The notes under the pieces: model-generated
The model's database searches: none
What the model saw: the letters and a program-made list of their open reading frames with translations, nothing else
Told to the model about the DNA's origin: nothing
Translations under genes and position numbers: made by a program
NCBI GenBank assembly: GCA_028713125.1
Contig: JAQTOU010000002.1
Coordinates: 142,583-206,582, forward strand
Direction: 5' to 3'
Origin: Elusimicrobiales bacterium
GTDB lineage: Bacteria > Elusimicrobiota > Elusimicrobia > Elusimicrobiales > UBA9959
Length of the DNA: 64,000 nucleotides
Shown here: positions 15,967 to 26,501 of the stretch, piece after piece
Layout of the letters: each line of letters opens with the position of its first letter
Position numbering within the stretch: position 1 is the first letter of the stretch

Positions 15967-16536
15967 TTACGGAGCGCCCGGTATGGCGGGTTCAGGCGCT
16001 GCGGGGCCGGCGGGAGGCGCGGTTTCGGCAGCGGCCGCGGGCTGCTCCTCCGGGGCGCTTTCCAGGAGGGGCCTGACCTCGGGGTCGGCCATTACCTCGG
16101 CCATAAGTTTGATGAATTGCGGGCGAAAAGCGTATTTAACCTTAAGCTTATCGAGGCAGCCGGCCCTTCTTGCCGCCGACAGGGCGCCGACCATATCCGT
16201 TATCTTTTCTTCCTCTATGACCTTTGAGGTGCAGGGGTCCTTTTTCAGGTCCTCCATGAATTCCAGGACGACTGGCCGGGAGCCGTATTTGGCGACGGCG
16301 GCGGCGATCCGCCGCTCGCGCTCTTCTCGCGCCGCGGAGGCCGGGTCCGTAGAGCCGGACAGGCCATAGCCGGGGCCGCCCCCCGGGGCGCCTGGGGCGG
16401 TCTGCATGATAAAATCGAATCTCTTCGGCGGAGCAGCGGCCGAAGTTCCCGTCCGCGCAAGGTCCCTGTAGACGATGAAAGACAGGATAAGAAGAACGGC
16501 GAAAAGAAGCGCGGTAGCGCTCCAGGTCTCTTTCAT
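15967..16536 (-). CDS. Hypothetical membrane-anchored protein, Pro/Ala-rich C-terminus
   Basis: N-terminal TM helix ATALLFAVLLILSFIVY. Last gene of the co-directional minus-strand run. No family recognised. Confidence 0.55.
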   Translation of the reverse strand: MKETWSATALLFAVLLILSFIVYRDLARTGTSAAAPPKRFDFIMQTAPGAPGGGPGYGLSGSTDPASAAREERERRIAAAVAKYGSRPVVLEFMEDLKKDPCTSKVIEEEKITDMVGALSAARRAGCLDKLKVKYAFRPQFIKLMAEVMADPEVRPLLESAPEEQPAAAAETAPPAGPAAPEPAIPGAP

Positions 16537-16586
16537 AAATTCCCCGCCAACCGCTGACAGCTAATGATATCAAAAAGGCGCTTGTC

Positions 16587-18866
16587 CTATATTTTTTTAA
16601 GGCTGTAATTTTCCCCTGTCAAATTGGTCCAGAGGGCGCGCGGGACATTGATGTAGTCGTCGGACCAGGCTCGCCCTGCCGGCGCTTCTATAAAGGACCA
16701 CTCTGTCATGGCCGCGAGGGGCAGCTGCGCCAGGACTTGCGGCGATTTAACCACGATCATCGCTCCCGTGCCCAAAGCGCCGAAGTAGGAAGCGTAGGGA
16801 TGGTTGAAAGCTTTGCTCTCCCGGAAAAGCGCCGGCGCGCCGAGATCGCGGGCCAGCCGGGCCGCTTCCGAAACCAGCGCCAGGCTGCTGTTTGAAAGGT
16901 GAAGCACCACTATCCCGCGGCTGCTTGCCTTGCGCAGGTAAAGCTCCAGGGCTTCGCGCGTCAGGAGATGCGCCGGTATCGCGTCCGATGAAAACGCGTC
17001 CACCACTATCACATCGAAGGACCCGTCCGGTTCGTCGGCTATCTTGAGCCGCGCGTCGCCCAGGACCACGCGCGCGCCGGGCTGGCATTCACGCACGTAG
17101 GTGAAATCCCCGCCAGGCCGGGCGGCCAGCCTGACCACCGCGGGGTCTATCTCGAAGATCGTCAGCTTATCTTCAGGGCGCAGCAGGCACGCGGTAGCGC
17201 CGGTGCCCAGGCCGATGAGCGCCACGCGGCCCGGGTCCCCGGTGCTGAGGCCGACGAGCACGGCCTCCCCCAGCGCCGTCCGCGGGTTGTAATAGGTCAG
17301 CGGCTGGCGGGTAAGCCCCGGGCGCGTCAGCTGCGCGCCGTGGACCACGTTGAAATGCGAAAGGATGCGGAGGATCGACACCCGCCGGTCCGCGGGATCG
17401 TAGATCTCGCGCGTGCGCAGGATGCCGAAGAAACCGCGCTCCTGCGTAATGATCCGGCCCGCCCTGTCCTCCTTGAGGAAGAATATCACGAAAGACGCCA
17501 GTACCATGGCCGCGAGCGCGGCGGGCCTGGCGCGGTTGAGAAAGATGGCGGCCAGGCAGACGCCCAGGCCGGCGCGCACCAGATTGTCCTGTCCCAAGCG
17601 GGCGGCGGCGGCGACGACCGCGCCGCCCGGATCGATGTGCCTGAGCAGGATCATCAGCAGCGCCATCGCCGCGGCGGCAGCGGCCGAATAGCCGGCCAGT
17701 TTCGGCAGGCCCGCTTTGCCGCGCGGCAGGAAAAGGGCGGCGGCCGCCAGCGCGAGCGGGTACTCGTAGACATTATTGAAGATCAGGGGCGCCACCAGGG
17801 CGGCGGCGGAACCGCCGAGCACGCCGCCGAGAGAAATAAAAAAATAGAATTCCGTAAGCCGGTCCGCTTTCGGCCGCTCGCGGGCCAGCGCCAGGCCGCA
17901 GAGCAGCGCGCTGATAAAGAAACCGAAAAGGTTGGCAAGGACCACCGGGACCCAGCGCCCCTGCAGCAGGTAGGACACGATCAGGAAAAAAAGCGCGAAG
18001 GGGTAGCTGAAGCGGGCGGCCGAGGCGAGCTTTTCCGCGCCGCGCGAAAAAGCGATGATGAAAGTGACGAGATAAAGCGCCAGCGGAACCACCCAGAACA
18101 GCGGCGTGGACCCTATATTCGCGGAAATGTGGAGCGTCACGCCCGGGACCAGGGCCGCCCCGGCCGCGGACGCTCCCAGCCAGTAAAGGCGCTTTCTCCA
18201 GCCCGGCGGGGCGGAGGGCGCCCGGTTCCCGGCGGCGCCGGCGGGGGGGCCTTCGGCCAGAAGAGCGGCGGCCGCCGCCGCCAGGATAAGCGCGGCCACG
18301 GCCGCGTAACCCCACTGCCAGGCCGCGCTCTGCGCCTTCGTGCCGAGCAGCGGCTCTATCAGCGCGGGATAAGCCAGGAGGCCGATGAGGCTGCCCAGGT
18401 TGCTGGCGGAGTAAAGATAATAGGGGTCGTGGGCGTCGGCGCGGCCCGAGCGCGCGTACCAGGCCTGCAGGAGCGGGGCGGTCGCCGAGGCGGCGGCGAA
18501 CGGCGCGCCGACCGAGACGGCCAGTACGCCGAGCAGCCAGAGAGCCGGGTGTTCGTAGTTCGGCGGCCCGAAGACGCCGCTGACGCGGAGCGGAAGCGCC
18601 AGGGCGGCCAGCGCCAGCACTACCGCGTGCAGCCCGGCCTGGAGCCGCAGGTCTTTCAGGCGCGCCAGCAAATGCGCGTAAAAATAGCCAAGGAGCAGCG
18701 CGGCCTGGAAGAAAGCCATAGAAGCGTTCCAGACCGCCGGCGAGCCGCCCAGCAGCGGCGTGGTCAGGCGCGTGAAAAGCGGCTGGAGCGCGAAGATGAG
18801 CGCCGCGCTGGAGAACAGCGCAAGCGAAAAGACTGCCGGCGCCAGGCGCCGCGCGGTGAGGTTCAT
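16587..18866 (-). CDS. Fused polytopic-membrane (MFS-like) / spermidine-synthase-like protein
   Basis: About 480 aa of TM helices are followed by a class I methyltransferase-fold aminopropyltransferase-like domain (VALIGLGTGATACL, FDVIVVDAFSSDAIPAHLLTREA). Confidence 0.75.
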   Translation of the reverse strand: MNLTARRLAPAVFSLALFSSAALIFALQPLFTRLTTPLLGGSPAVWNASMAFFQAALLLGYFYAHLLARLKDLRLQAGLHAVVLALAALALPLRVSGVFGPPNYEHPALWLLGVLAVSVGAPFAAASATAPLLQAWYARSGRADAHDPYYLYSASNLGSLIGLLAYPALIEPLLGTKAQSAAWQWGYAAVAALILAAAAAALLAEGPPAGAAGNRAPSAPPGWRKRLYWLGASAAGAALVPGVTLHISANIGSTPLFWVVPLALYLVTFIIAFSRGAEKLASAARFSYPFALFFLIVSYLLQGRWVPVVLANLFGFFISALLCGLALARERPKADRLTEFYFFISLGGVLGGSAAALVAPLIFNNVYEYPLALAAAALFLPRGKAGLPKLAGYSAAAAAAMALLMILLRHIDPGGAVVAAAARLGQDNLVRAGLGVCLAAIFLNRARPAALAAMVLASFVIFFLKEDRAGRIITQERGFFGILRTREIYDPADRRVSILRILSHFNVVHGAQLTRPGLTRQPLTYYNPRTALGEAVLVGLSTGDPGRVALIGLGTGATACLLRPEDKLTIFEIDPAVVRLAARPGGDFTYVRECQPGARVVLGDARLKIADEPDGSFDVIVVDAFSSDAIPAHLLTREALELYLRKASSRGIVVLHLSNSSLALVSEAARLARDLGAPALFRESKAFNHPYASYFGALGTGAMIVVKSPQVLAQLPLAAMTEWSFIEAPAGRAWSDDYINVPRALWTNLTGENYSLKKI

Positions 18867-18873
18867 CGGAGCT

Positions 18874-20319
18874 TTATCCCTTTATAACTATCAGCGGTCT
18901 GAACCGGGCTACCTTGCGGGCCAGGCCCGCCCCGGCAACGACATTGACCACGGCCTCCACGTCCTTGTAGGCTTCCGGCATTTCCTCGCCCAGGGTTTCG
19001 CGCCCGGAGGAGCGTACCCACACCCCTTTCGCGGCCAGTTCTTCCTCTATGTTCCGCCCGCGCGCGCGCCTGATGGCTTCTCCGCGGGACATAAGCCTGC
19101 CTGCGCCGTGGCAGGTCGAGCCGAAGGTCTCGGCCATGGCTTTGGGCTCCCCGGCGAGCAGGAATGAGGCCCTGCCCATATCGCCGGGGATTATGACCGG
19201 CTGGCCCGTCAGCGCGTAGGCCGGCGGCAGCTCCGGGTGGCCGGGGCCGAAGGCGCGCGTGGCTCCCTTGCGGTGAACCACCACCATTATTTTCTTCCCG
19301 CCCACCGTATGCTCCTCGAGCTTGGCGATATTATGCGCTACGTCGTAAACCAGGTTCATCGCCAGGGCTTTTTCGCCGGCGCCCAGGACCGAAGAGAAGA
19401 TATCGCGGGCCAGCCCGGTCAGGGCCTGCCGGTTGGCCCAGGCGTAGTTGGCCGCGGCCTGCATGGCCCCGAAATAGTCCTGGCCCTCCGTGCTGCGGAA
19501 AGGCGCCGCCGCCAGCTGCGGGTCGGCCAGGGCTATCCCGTAGCGCCGGGCGGCGCTTCGCATCACCTCGATAAAATCGGTGCACACCTGGTGCCCCAGG
19601 CCGCGCGACCCGGTATGGAGCATCACCGTTATCTGGCCCTTAAAAATGCCGAAGGCGCGCGCCGTCCCCTCGTCGAAAATCTCTGAAACCTCCTGAACTT
19701 CCAGGAAATGGTTCCCGGACCCGAGCGTTCCGAGCTGGCCGCCGCCGCGCTCGAGGGCCCGCCTGCTTACAGCGTGGGGATTAGCCCCGCTCATCGCGCC
19801 GCCGGACTCCGCCGCTGCCAGGTCTTCCGGCCTGCCAAGGCCGGCCTTTACCGCCCAGGCCGCGCCCTGGATGAGCGGCGCTTCCCAGTCCCGCTTTCCC
19901 AGCCGCAGCCCGCCGCCGGCTCCCAGGCCTGCGGGGATGCCGGCATAAAGCCCCGCCGCCAGGGCCTCAATCTTTTTTTCGATATCTTTTTTTTCAAGAG
20001 AGGAGGCAAGCAGCCTGACGCCGCAGTTGATGTCGTAGCCGACTCCGCCGGGCGAGATGACGCCGCTGTCGGCGCTGAAAGCGGCGACCCCGCCTATGGG
20101 GAAGCCGTAGCCGGTGTGGATGTCCGGCATAGCGAGGGCGTTGCCGGCCAGGCCGGGCAGGGTGGCCGTATTCGCGGCCTGGTCCAGCGCGCCGGCCTCT
20201 ATGAATTTTTCAATTCCTGCGTCAGCGTAAATTATGGAGGAAGCGTTCATCCCCTGCTTGTAGGAAGGGAGTATTTCCAGCCTGTAGGCGTCCAGTCGCC
20301 GGATATGAGGATTGCTCAT
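18874..20319 (-). CDS. rtcB: RNA ligase RtcB (3'-phosphate/5'-hydroxyl nucleic acid ligase)
   Basis: GYDINCGVR, GSGNHFLEVQ, HTGSRGLGHQV, HNIAKLEEH, CHGAGR. Confidence 0.95.
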   Translation of the reverse strand: MSNPHIRRLDAYRLEILPSYKQGMNASSIIYADAGIEKFIEAGALDQAANTATLPGLAGNALAMPDIHTGYGFPIGGVAAFSADSGVISPGGVGYDINCGVRLLASSLEKKDIEKKIEALAAGLYAGIPAGLGAGGGLRLGKRDWEAPLIQGAAWAVKAGLGRPEDLAAAESGGAMSGANPHAVSRRALERGGGQLGTLGSGNHFLEVQEVSEIFDEGTARAFGIFKGQITVMLHTGSRGLGHQVCTDFIEVMRSAARRYGIALADPQLAAAPFRSTEGQDYFGAMQAAANYAWANRQALTGLARDIFSSVLGAGEKALAMNLVYDVAHNIAKLEEHTVGGKKIMVVVHRKGATRAFGPGHPELPPAYALTGQPVIIPGDMGRASFLLAGEPKAMAETFGSTCHGAGRLMSRGEAIRRARGRNIEEELAAKGVWVRSSGRETLGEEMPEAYKDVEAVVNVVAGAGLARKVARFRPLIVIKG

Positions 20320-20360
20320 TTGGTTTTATGGAGGGTTGGAATCTGGAAGCGAAAGCCGGC

Positions 20361-21047
20361 TTATTTCGGGGCACCTTTAACGGGAGGATTTTTTTGCGCG
20401 CCTCCTTCGATGAGCGCGGCGAGTTCGAGGTACTTGCTTTGTCTCGCCACGTCGGCCGCGGTCTGCCCGGCCTTGTTGGTCTTGCCCGGGTTGACCCCGA
20501 ACTCCAGCATGTATTTTACCGTCGCGGTCCTGCCGCGGTTGGCGGCCATCATAAGCGCCGTATTGCCGTTGGTGTCCCTGAATTCCATGTTCGCCCCGCT
20601 TTCCGCCAGGGCTTTTACCACGTCGGTCCTGCCCTGCATCGCGGCCCACATCAGCGGGGGCCAGCCCAGCCGGTCCAGCGTTTCGGGCTTGGCTCCGATC
20701 GAGATAAGGTAGCGCACCGTGTCGAGGCGGCTCCAGCGCGCGGCTATATGGAGGGCGGTTTCGCCTTTGTAATTCCGGAGGTTTATGTCGGCGCCCCGGG
20801 AAACCAGCAGCTTCAGGGAGTCCAGATTGTCTTTTGCGGCGGCCCACATAAGCGGGGTCCAGCCGGCCTGGTCCCGGATGTCCGGGTTAAGGCCGGAGTC
20901 CAGCAGCTTGCGCATGTTCCGCTCATAGTCGTTCTTCGCGGACTTGAACATCCGCTCTTCCGGGCTGCCGATAGGTATTTCGCAGCCCGCGGTAAAGACC
21001 GCGGCCGCAAAAACCGCCAGGCTGAAGAAGTATCTTGATCGCCGCAT
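20361..21047 (-). CDS. Ankyrin-repeat lipoprotein
   Basis: Signal/lipobox FAAAVFTAGC, then about 5 ANK repeats (GWTPLMWAA.., GETALHIAA.., GWPPLMWAA.., GNTALMMAA..). Confidence 0.85.
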   Translation of the reverse strand: MRRSRYFFSLAVFAAAVFTAGCEIPIGSPEERMFKSAKNDYERNMRKLLDSGLNPDIRDQAGWTPLMWAAAKDNLDSLKLLVSRGADINLRNYKGETALHIAARWSRLDTVRYLISIGAKPETLDRLGWPPLMWAAMQGRTDVVKALAESGANMEFRDTNGNTALMMAANRGRTATVKYMLEFGVNPGKTNKAGQTAADVARQSKYLELAALIEGGAQKNPPVKGAPK

Positions 21048-21057
21048 AAGCTTCAGG

Positions 21058-22677
21058 CTATTTTATCTGCTTGAAAAAATCCCCGCCCTTGTCGTCCACC
21101 AGCACGAAGGCCGGGAAATCCTCGACCTCTATGGCCCAGACCGCTTCCATGCCGAGCTCGGGGTAATCGAGCGTTTCGACTTTCCTTATATTCTTCTCGG
21201 CCAGCAGCGCCGCGGGGCCGCCGGGGGAGCCCAGGTAGAAGCCGCCGTATTTTTTGCAGGCTTCGGTGACGACCGGCGAGCGGTTGCCCTTCGCGATCAT
21301 CACCATGGAGGCGCCGTGCGACTGCAGCAGATCCACGTAGGAATCCATGCGGCCTGCCGTAGTGGGCCCGAAGGAGCCGGAGGGCTTTCCTTTCGGCTGC
21401 TTGGCGGGGCCGGCGTAATAAACCGGGTGTTTCTTTAAATATTCCGGCAGCTCTTTGCCGGCGTCCAGCAGTTCCTTGAATTTGGCGTGGGCCAGGTCGC
21501 GCGCCACTACTATGCGGCCGTTCAGAGAAAGCCGCGTCCCGATAGGGTGCTTCGACAGTCCGGCTAAAATTTCAGTCATCGGCTTGTTCAGGTCCACGCT
21601 GACGCAGCCGGAGCAGGAAGAGAATTTAGCGCGCACGTCTTTGGGGATGAGGCGGCCCGGGTCGCGGTCCATCTCTTCCAGCCAGAGGCCGTCCTTGTCT
21701 ATGCGGGCGAGGATATTGCGGTCGGCGGAGCAGGAGACCCCCATGCCGATCGGCGCCGAGGCGCCGTGCCGGGGCAGGCGCACCACGCGCACGTCGTGGG
21801 CAAAATGTTTTCCTCCGAATTGCGCCCCCAGGCCGAGCTTGCGGGCGGCCTCCAGGAGCTCGGCTTCCATCTTTTTATCGCGGAAAGCGCGGCCGGTATC
21901 GCCGGGATCTTCCGGGAGGCCGTCAAGGTAGCCGGTTGAGGCCAGCTTCACCGTCTTAAGGCACATCTCCGCCGAGGTTCCGCCGATCACGAAAGCCACG
22001 TGGTAGGGCGGGCAGGCCGCCGTGCCGAGCGACTTCATCTTCTCCACGAGGAAAGGCTTGAGCTTCTCCGGGGTCAGCGTAGCCTTCGTCTCCTGGTAAA
22101 GCATGGTCTTGTTGGCCGAGCCGCCGCCCTTGGTCACGAAAAGGAAATCGTAAGCCATGCCAGGCCTGGCGTAGATGTCTATCTGGGCCGGGAGGTTATT
22201 GCCGGAATTCTTTTCCTTATACATATCCACCGCGAGAGTCTGGGAGTAGCGCAGATTTTCGCCCGTATAGGTTTCCCAGACGCCTTTGGAAATAAATTCT
22301 TCGTCGTTGCCGCGGGTCCAGACCTGCTCGCCTTTCTTCGCGACCACGGTGGCCGTGCCCGTATCCTGGCAGAAAGGCAGCTCGAACCGCGCCGAGATAG
22401 CGGCGTTATCCAGCATGCAGAAAGCCACGAACTTGTCGTTCTCCGACGCTTCGGGGTCCGCAAGAATGGCGGCCACCTGCGTATTATGCGCCGGCCTCAA
22501 CAAAAAAGAAACGTCCTTGATCGCCTCCCGCGCCAGCGTAACCAGGGCCTCAGGGGCCACTTCCAAGATCTCCCTGTCCCCGGCCTTTATAACCTTCACT
22601 CCGTCCGGTGAAAGCAGGCGGAACTTGGTCTCGCGCTTGGCCAGCTCGAAAAGCTCGTTATATTTGAATTCAGGCAT
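21058..22677 (-). CDS. Class I (Fe-S) fumarate hydratase, fused alpha/beta type
   Basis: [39 protein letters not shown], and a C-terminal beta-type domain ([17 protein letters not shown]). GAGGA RBS. Confidence 0.9.
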   Translation of the reverse strand: MPEFKYNELFELAKRETKFRLLSPDGVKVIKAGDREILEVAPEALVTLAREAIKDVSFLLRPAHNTQVAAILADPEASENDKFVAFCMLDNAAISARFELPFCQDTGTATVVAKKGEQVWTRGNDEEFISKGVWETYTGENLRYSQTLAVDMYKEKNSGNNLPAQIDIYARPGMAYDFLFVTKGGGSANKTMLYQETKATLTPEKLKPFLVEKMKSLGTAACPPYHVAFVIGGTSAEMCLKTVKLASTGYLDGLPEDPGDTGRAFRDKKMEAELLEAARKLGLGAQFGGKHFAHDVRVVRLPRHGASAPIGMGVSCSADRNILARIDKDGLWLEEMDRDPGRLIPKDVRAKFSSCSGCVSVDLNKPMTEILAGLSKHPIGTRLSLNGRIVVARDLAHAKFKELLDAGKELPEYLKKHPVYYAGPAKQPKGKPSGSFGPTTAGRMDSYVDLLQSHGASMVMIAKGNRSPVVTEACKKYGGFYLGSPGGPAALLAEKNIRKVETLDYPELGMEAVWAIEVEDFPAFVLVDDKGGDFFKQIK

Positions 22678-22703
22678 AGGATCGATCCTCGCAAAAACCG
22701 GGA

Positions 22704-22830
22704 GGGCGACGCGGGGGCAGGATAAGAAAAACCGTCGTTGAGCCTGCCGGTTGCATAGCCCGGCAGGCGAATACCGAGTGAGGCCACGGTGTGGCCGAAC
22801 GCGTTTTTCGTTCCTGCCCCCGCGCCGCCC
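22704..22830. repeat. Structured palindromic repeat, copy B (127 nt) in the sdhB-fumarate hydratase spacer
   Basis: Outer 19-bp inverted repeat (18/19), second helix GAAAAAC/GTTTTTC, and two inner hairpins (9 bp and 6 bp). Collinear sequence blocks are shared with 51291-51425. Confidence 0.75.
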
Positions 22831-22836
22831 GTTCCC

Positions 22837-23604
22837 TTATCGCTTTGAGAACAGATTCGCCAGCAGGAACTCCCTGTTCATGCGGGCTATATTCGCGACT
22901 TTAATGTCTTTCGGGCAGACGGCCTCGCACTCGTATTCGTTCGTGCAGTTGCCGAACCCTTCCTTGTCCATCGCCGCCACCATGCTCAGCGCGCGCTTCG
23001 CCCGCTCCGGGCCGCCCTGCGGCAGCAGCGCAAGCTGGGAAATTTTCGCGCCCGTGAAAAGCATCCCCGCCCCGTTGGGGCAGGAAGTCACGCAGGCCCC
23101 GCAGCCGATGCAGGCCGCGGCGTCCATCGCCTCCTCGGCCTTGTCCTTTTCCACGGGAGTCGCGTTCGCGTCGGCCGCCGCGCCGGTGTTGATCGAAACG
23201 AAACCGCCGGCCGCGATCACGCGGTCCAGGGCGGAGCGGTCCACCGCCAGGTCTTTCAGGATGGGGAAGGCCTTCACGCGCCAGGGCTCCACCGTTATCA
23301 CGTCGCCGTCGCTGAACCTGCGCATATGCAGCTGGCAGACCGTCGAATGCTCGTCGGGGCCGTGCACGTCGCCGTTCACCACCAGGCCGCAGGAGCCGCA
23401 GATGCCCTCGCGGCAGTCGCTCTCGAAAGTTATAGGGGTCTCGCCCTTTTTAAGCAGGTCGTCGTTAAGGATGTCCAGCATCTCCAGGAAGGACATGTCG
23501 GGGGAGATATCCTTTACCTTGTAGGAGACCATCTTGCCCGGTTCCGCCGGGCCGGCCTGCCGCCACGCGCGCACTGTCACTGAGAAATGTTTCGAGCCTT
23601 TCAT
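22837..23604 (-). CDS. sdhB: Succinate dehydrogenase/fumarate reductase iron-sulfur subunit
   Basis: CREGICGSCG (2Fe-2S), CIGCGACVTSCP and CTNEYECEAVCP cluster motifs. 1-nt gap to the flavoprotein gene. Confidence 0.95.
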   Translation of the reverse strand: MKGSKHFSVTVRAWRQAGPAEPGKMVSYKVKDISPDMSFLEMLDILNDDLLKKGETPITFESDCREGICGSCGLVVNGDVHGPDEHSTVCQLHMRRFSDGDVITVEPWRVKAFPILKDLAVDRSALDRVIAAGGFVSINTGAAADANATPVEKDKAEEAMDAAACIGCGACVTSCPNGAGMLFTGAKISQLALLPQGGPERAKRALSMVAAMDKEGFGNCTNEYECEAVCPKDIKVANIARMNREFLLANLFSKR

Positions 23605-23605
23605 G

Positions 23606-25519
<1,914 letters not shown>

Positions 25520-25552
25520 TTTGCCTCCGTAAATTTTTGCGCGGTTCGTTCT

Positions 25553-26236
25553 TTACCTGATTATTACCACGTTGTAGCCGGCCTGCGCGGCCTTGATGTC
25601 GATGCCCAGCAGGTAATACACCGAGATGAGAGCGAATCCCGTCATCGCTACGGCCACCAGGATGCCGCCGATCTTTATAAGGGGCGTATATTTAGGGTGG
25701 TTCACGCCCAGGGTCTGGAAAGCGCTCTGCATCCCGTGGCTGAGGTGCAGGGCCAGCGCGGCGGAGCCGGCCACGTAGACGGCCACGAACACGGGGTCCC
25801 GGAAAGCGTAGGTCACCATCTGGTAAAAGCCCATCGAGTGGTCCGTGAAGCGGAAAGTAAGCATGTGGTAGGCCAGGTAGGCCAGGACGGCGGCCGCGGT
25901 ATAGAGCATGGTCGCGGAGCCGATGGTGCGGCCGCCCTGCCATTTACGCGCCTCGTAGCCGGAGGGGGCGTTGAGGAAATCCTCCACCCTTACCCAGGCG
26001 CCGGTTATGATATGCGCGAGGAAGAGAAAAAGCAGCCCCAGCTCGAGGAGGGGGGTGACGGGGTTCGAAAGAAGCATGTCCACCCAGCCGTTATAGGCCG
26101 CCTCGCCCTTGAAAAGAAGGAGGTTCTCGGCCAGGTGCACCAGCATGAAACCGCCCAGCAGCAGGCCGGAAACGGCCATTACGGCCTTCCTCCCTATCGA
26201 AGTTGTTATGAAGCGCTTGATGAAGGTTATTTCCAT
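25553..26236 (-). CDS. sdhC: Succinate dehydrogenase/fumarate reductase cytochrome b membrane subunit (single ~227-aa, five-helix type)
   Basis: Five hydrophobic helices with conserved His residues. First gene of the sdhC-A-B arrangement. The call rests largely on size and context. Confidence 0.7.
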   Translation of the reverse strand: MEITFIKRFITTSIGRKAVMAVSGLLLGGFMLVHLAENLLLFKGEAAYNGWVDMLLSNPVTPLLELGLLFLFLAHIITGAWVRVEDFLNAPSGYEARKWQGGRTIGSATMLYTAAAVLAYLAYHMLTFRFTDHSMGFYQMVTYAFRDPVFVAVYVAGSAALALHLSHGMQSAFQTLGVNHPKYTPLIKIGGILVAVAMTGFALISVYYLLGIDIKAAQAGYNVVIIR

Positions 26237-26399
26237 AAGGTATGTAAGCTCCAGTGTCTGTCAGTCGCCGGTGCGAGGTCTTACGGCCAGGGCGGCGTAA
26301 TTTTGTGCTGAATAATACAATCATAAAATATAAATATAACCAAGGGCAAGGGCGATCTGCGAATTCCCGCGGCAATATAGTAATACCTTAATAGAATGC

Positions 26400-26430
26400 T
26401 TGAAAGGCCGCTCCAAAAATTTATTATAAT
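26400..26430 (+). promoter_or_regulatory. Candidate sigma70-type promoter for the NHL-repeat gene
   Basis: TTGAAA (26400-26405) - 19 nt - TATAAT (26425-26430) in the AT-rich divergent spacer. The spacing is longer than optimal. Confidence 0.3.
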
Positions 26431-26501
26431 AGACAGTGAAGCACCAATCCTGGCCGCCGGCCGCGCTGGCGGGTACAAGCATTATACGGGGAGGCAGTAA
26501 A

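Noticed and set aside
17340-18887. 515-aa plus-strand ORF antisense to the MFS/spermidine-synthase gene (very Arg/Gly/Glu/Gln-rich)
   Set aside because: The composition is typical of the reverse complement of a hydrophobic Ala/Leu-rich membrane gene. There is no start context.
26237-26501. Small ORFs (63-65 aa, minus strand) and possible ncRNA in the AT-rich sdhC/NHL divergent spacer
   Set aside because: The AT-rich promoter-type sequence gives ORFs with implausible composition, and no stable structure was seen. It is treated as a divergent promoter region.
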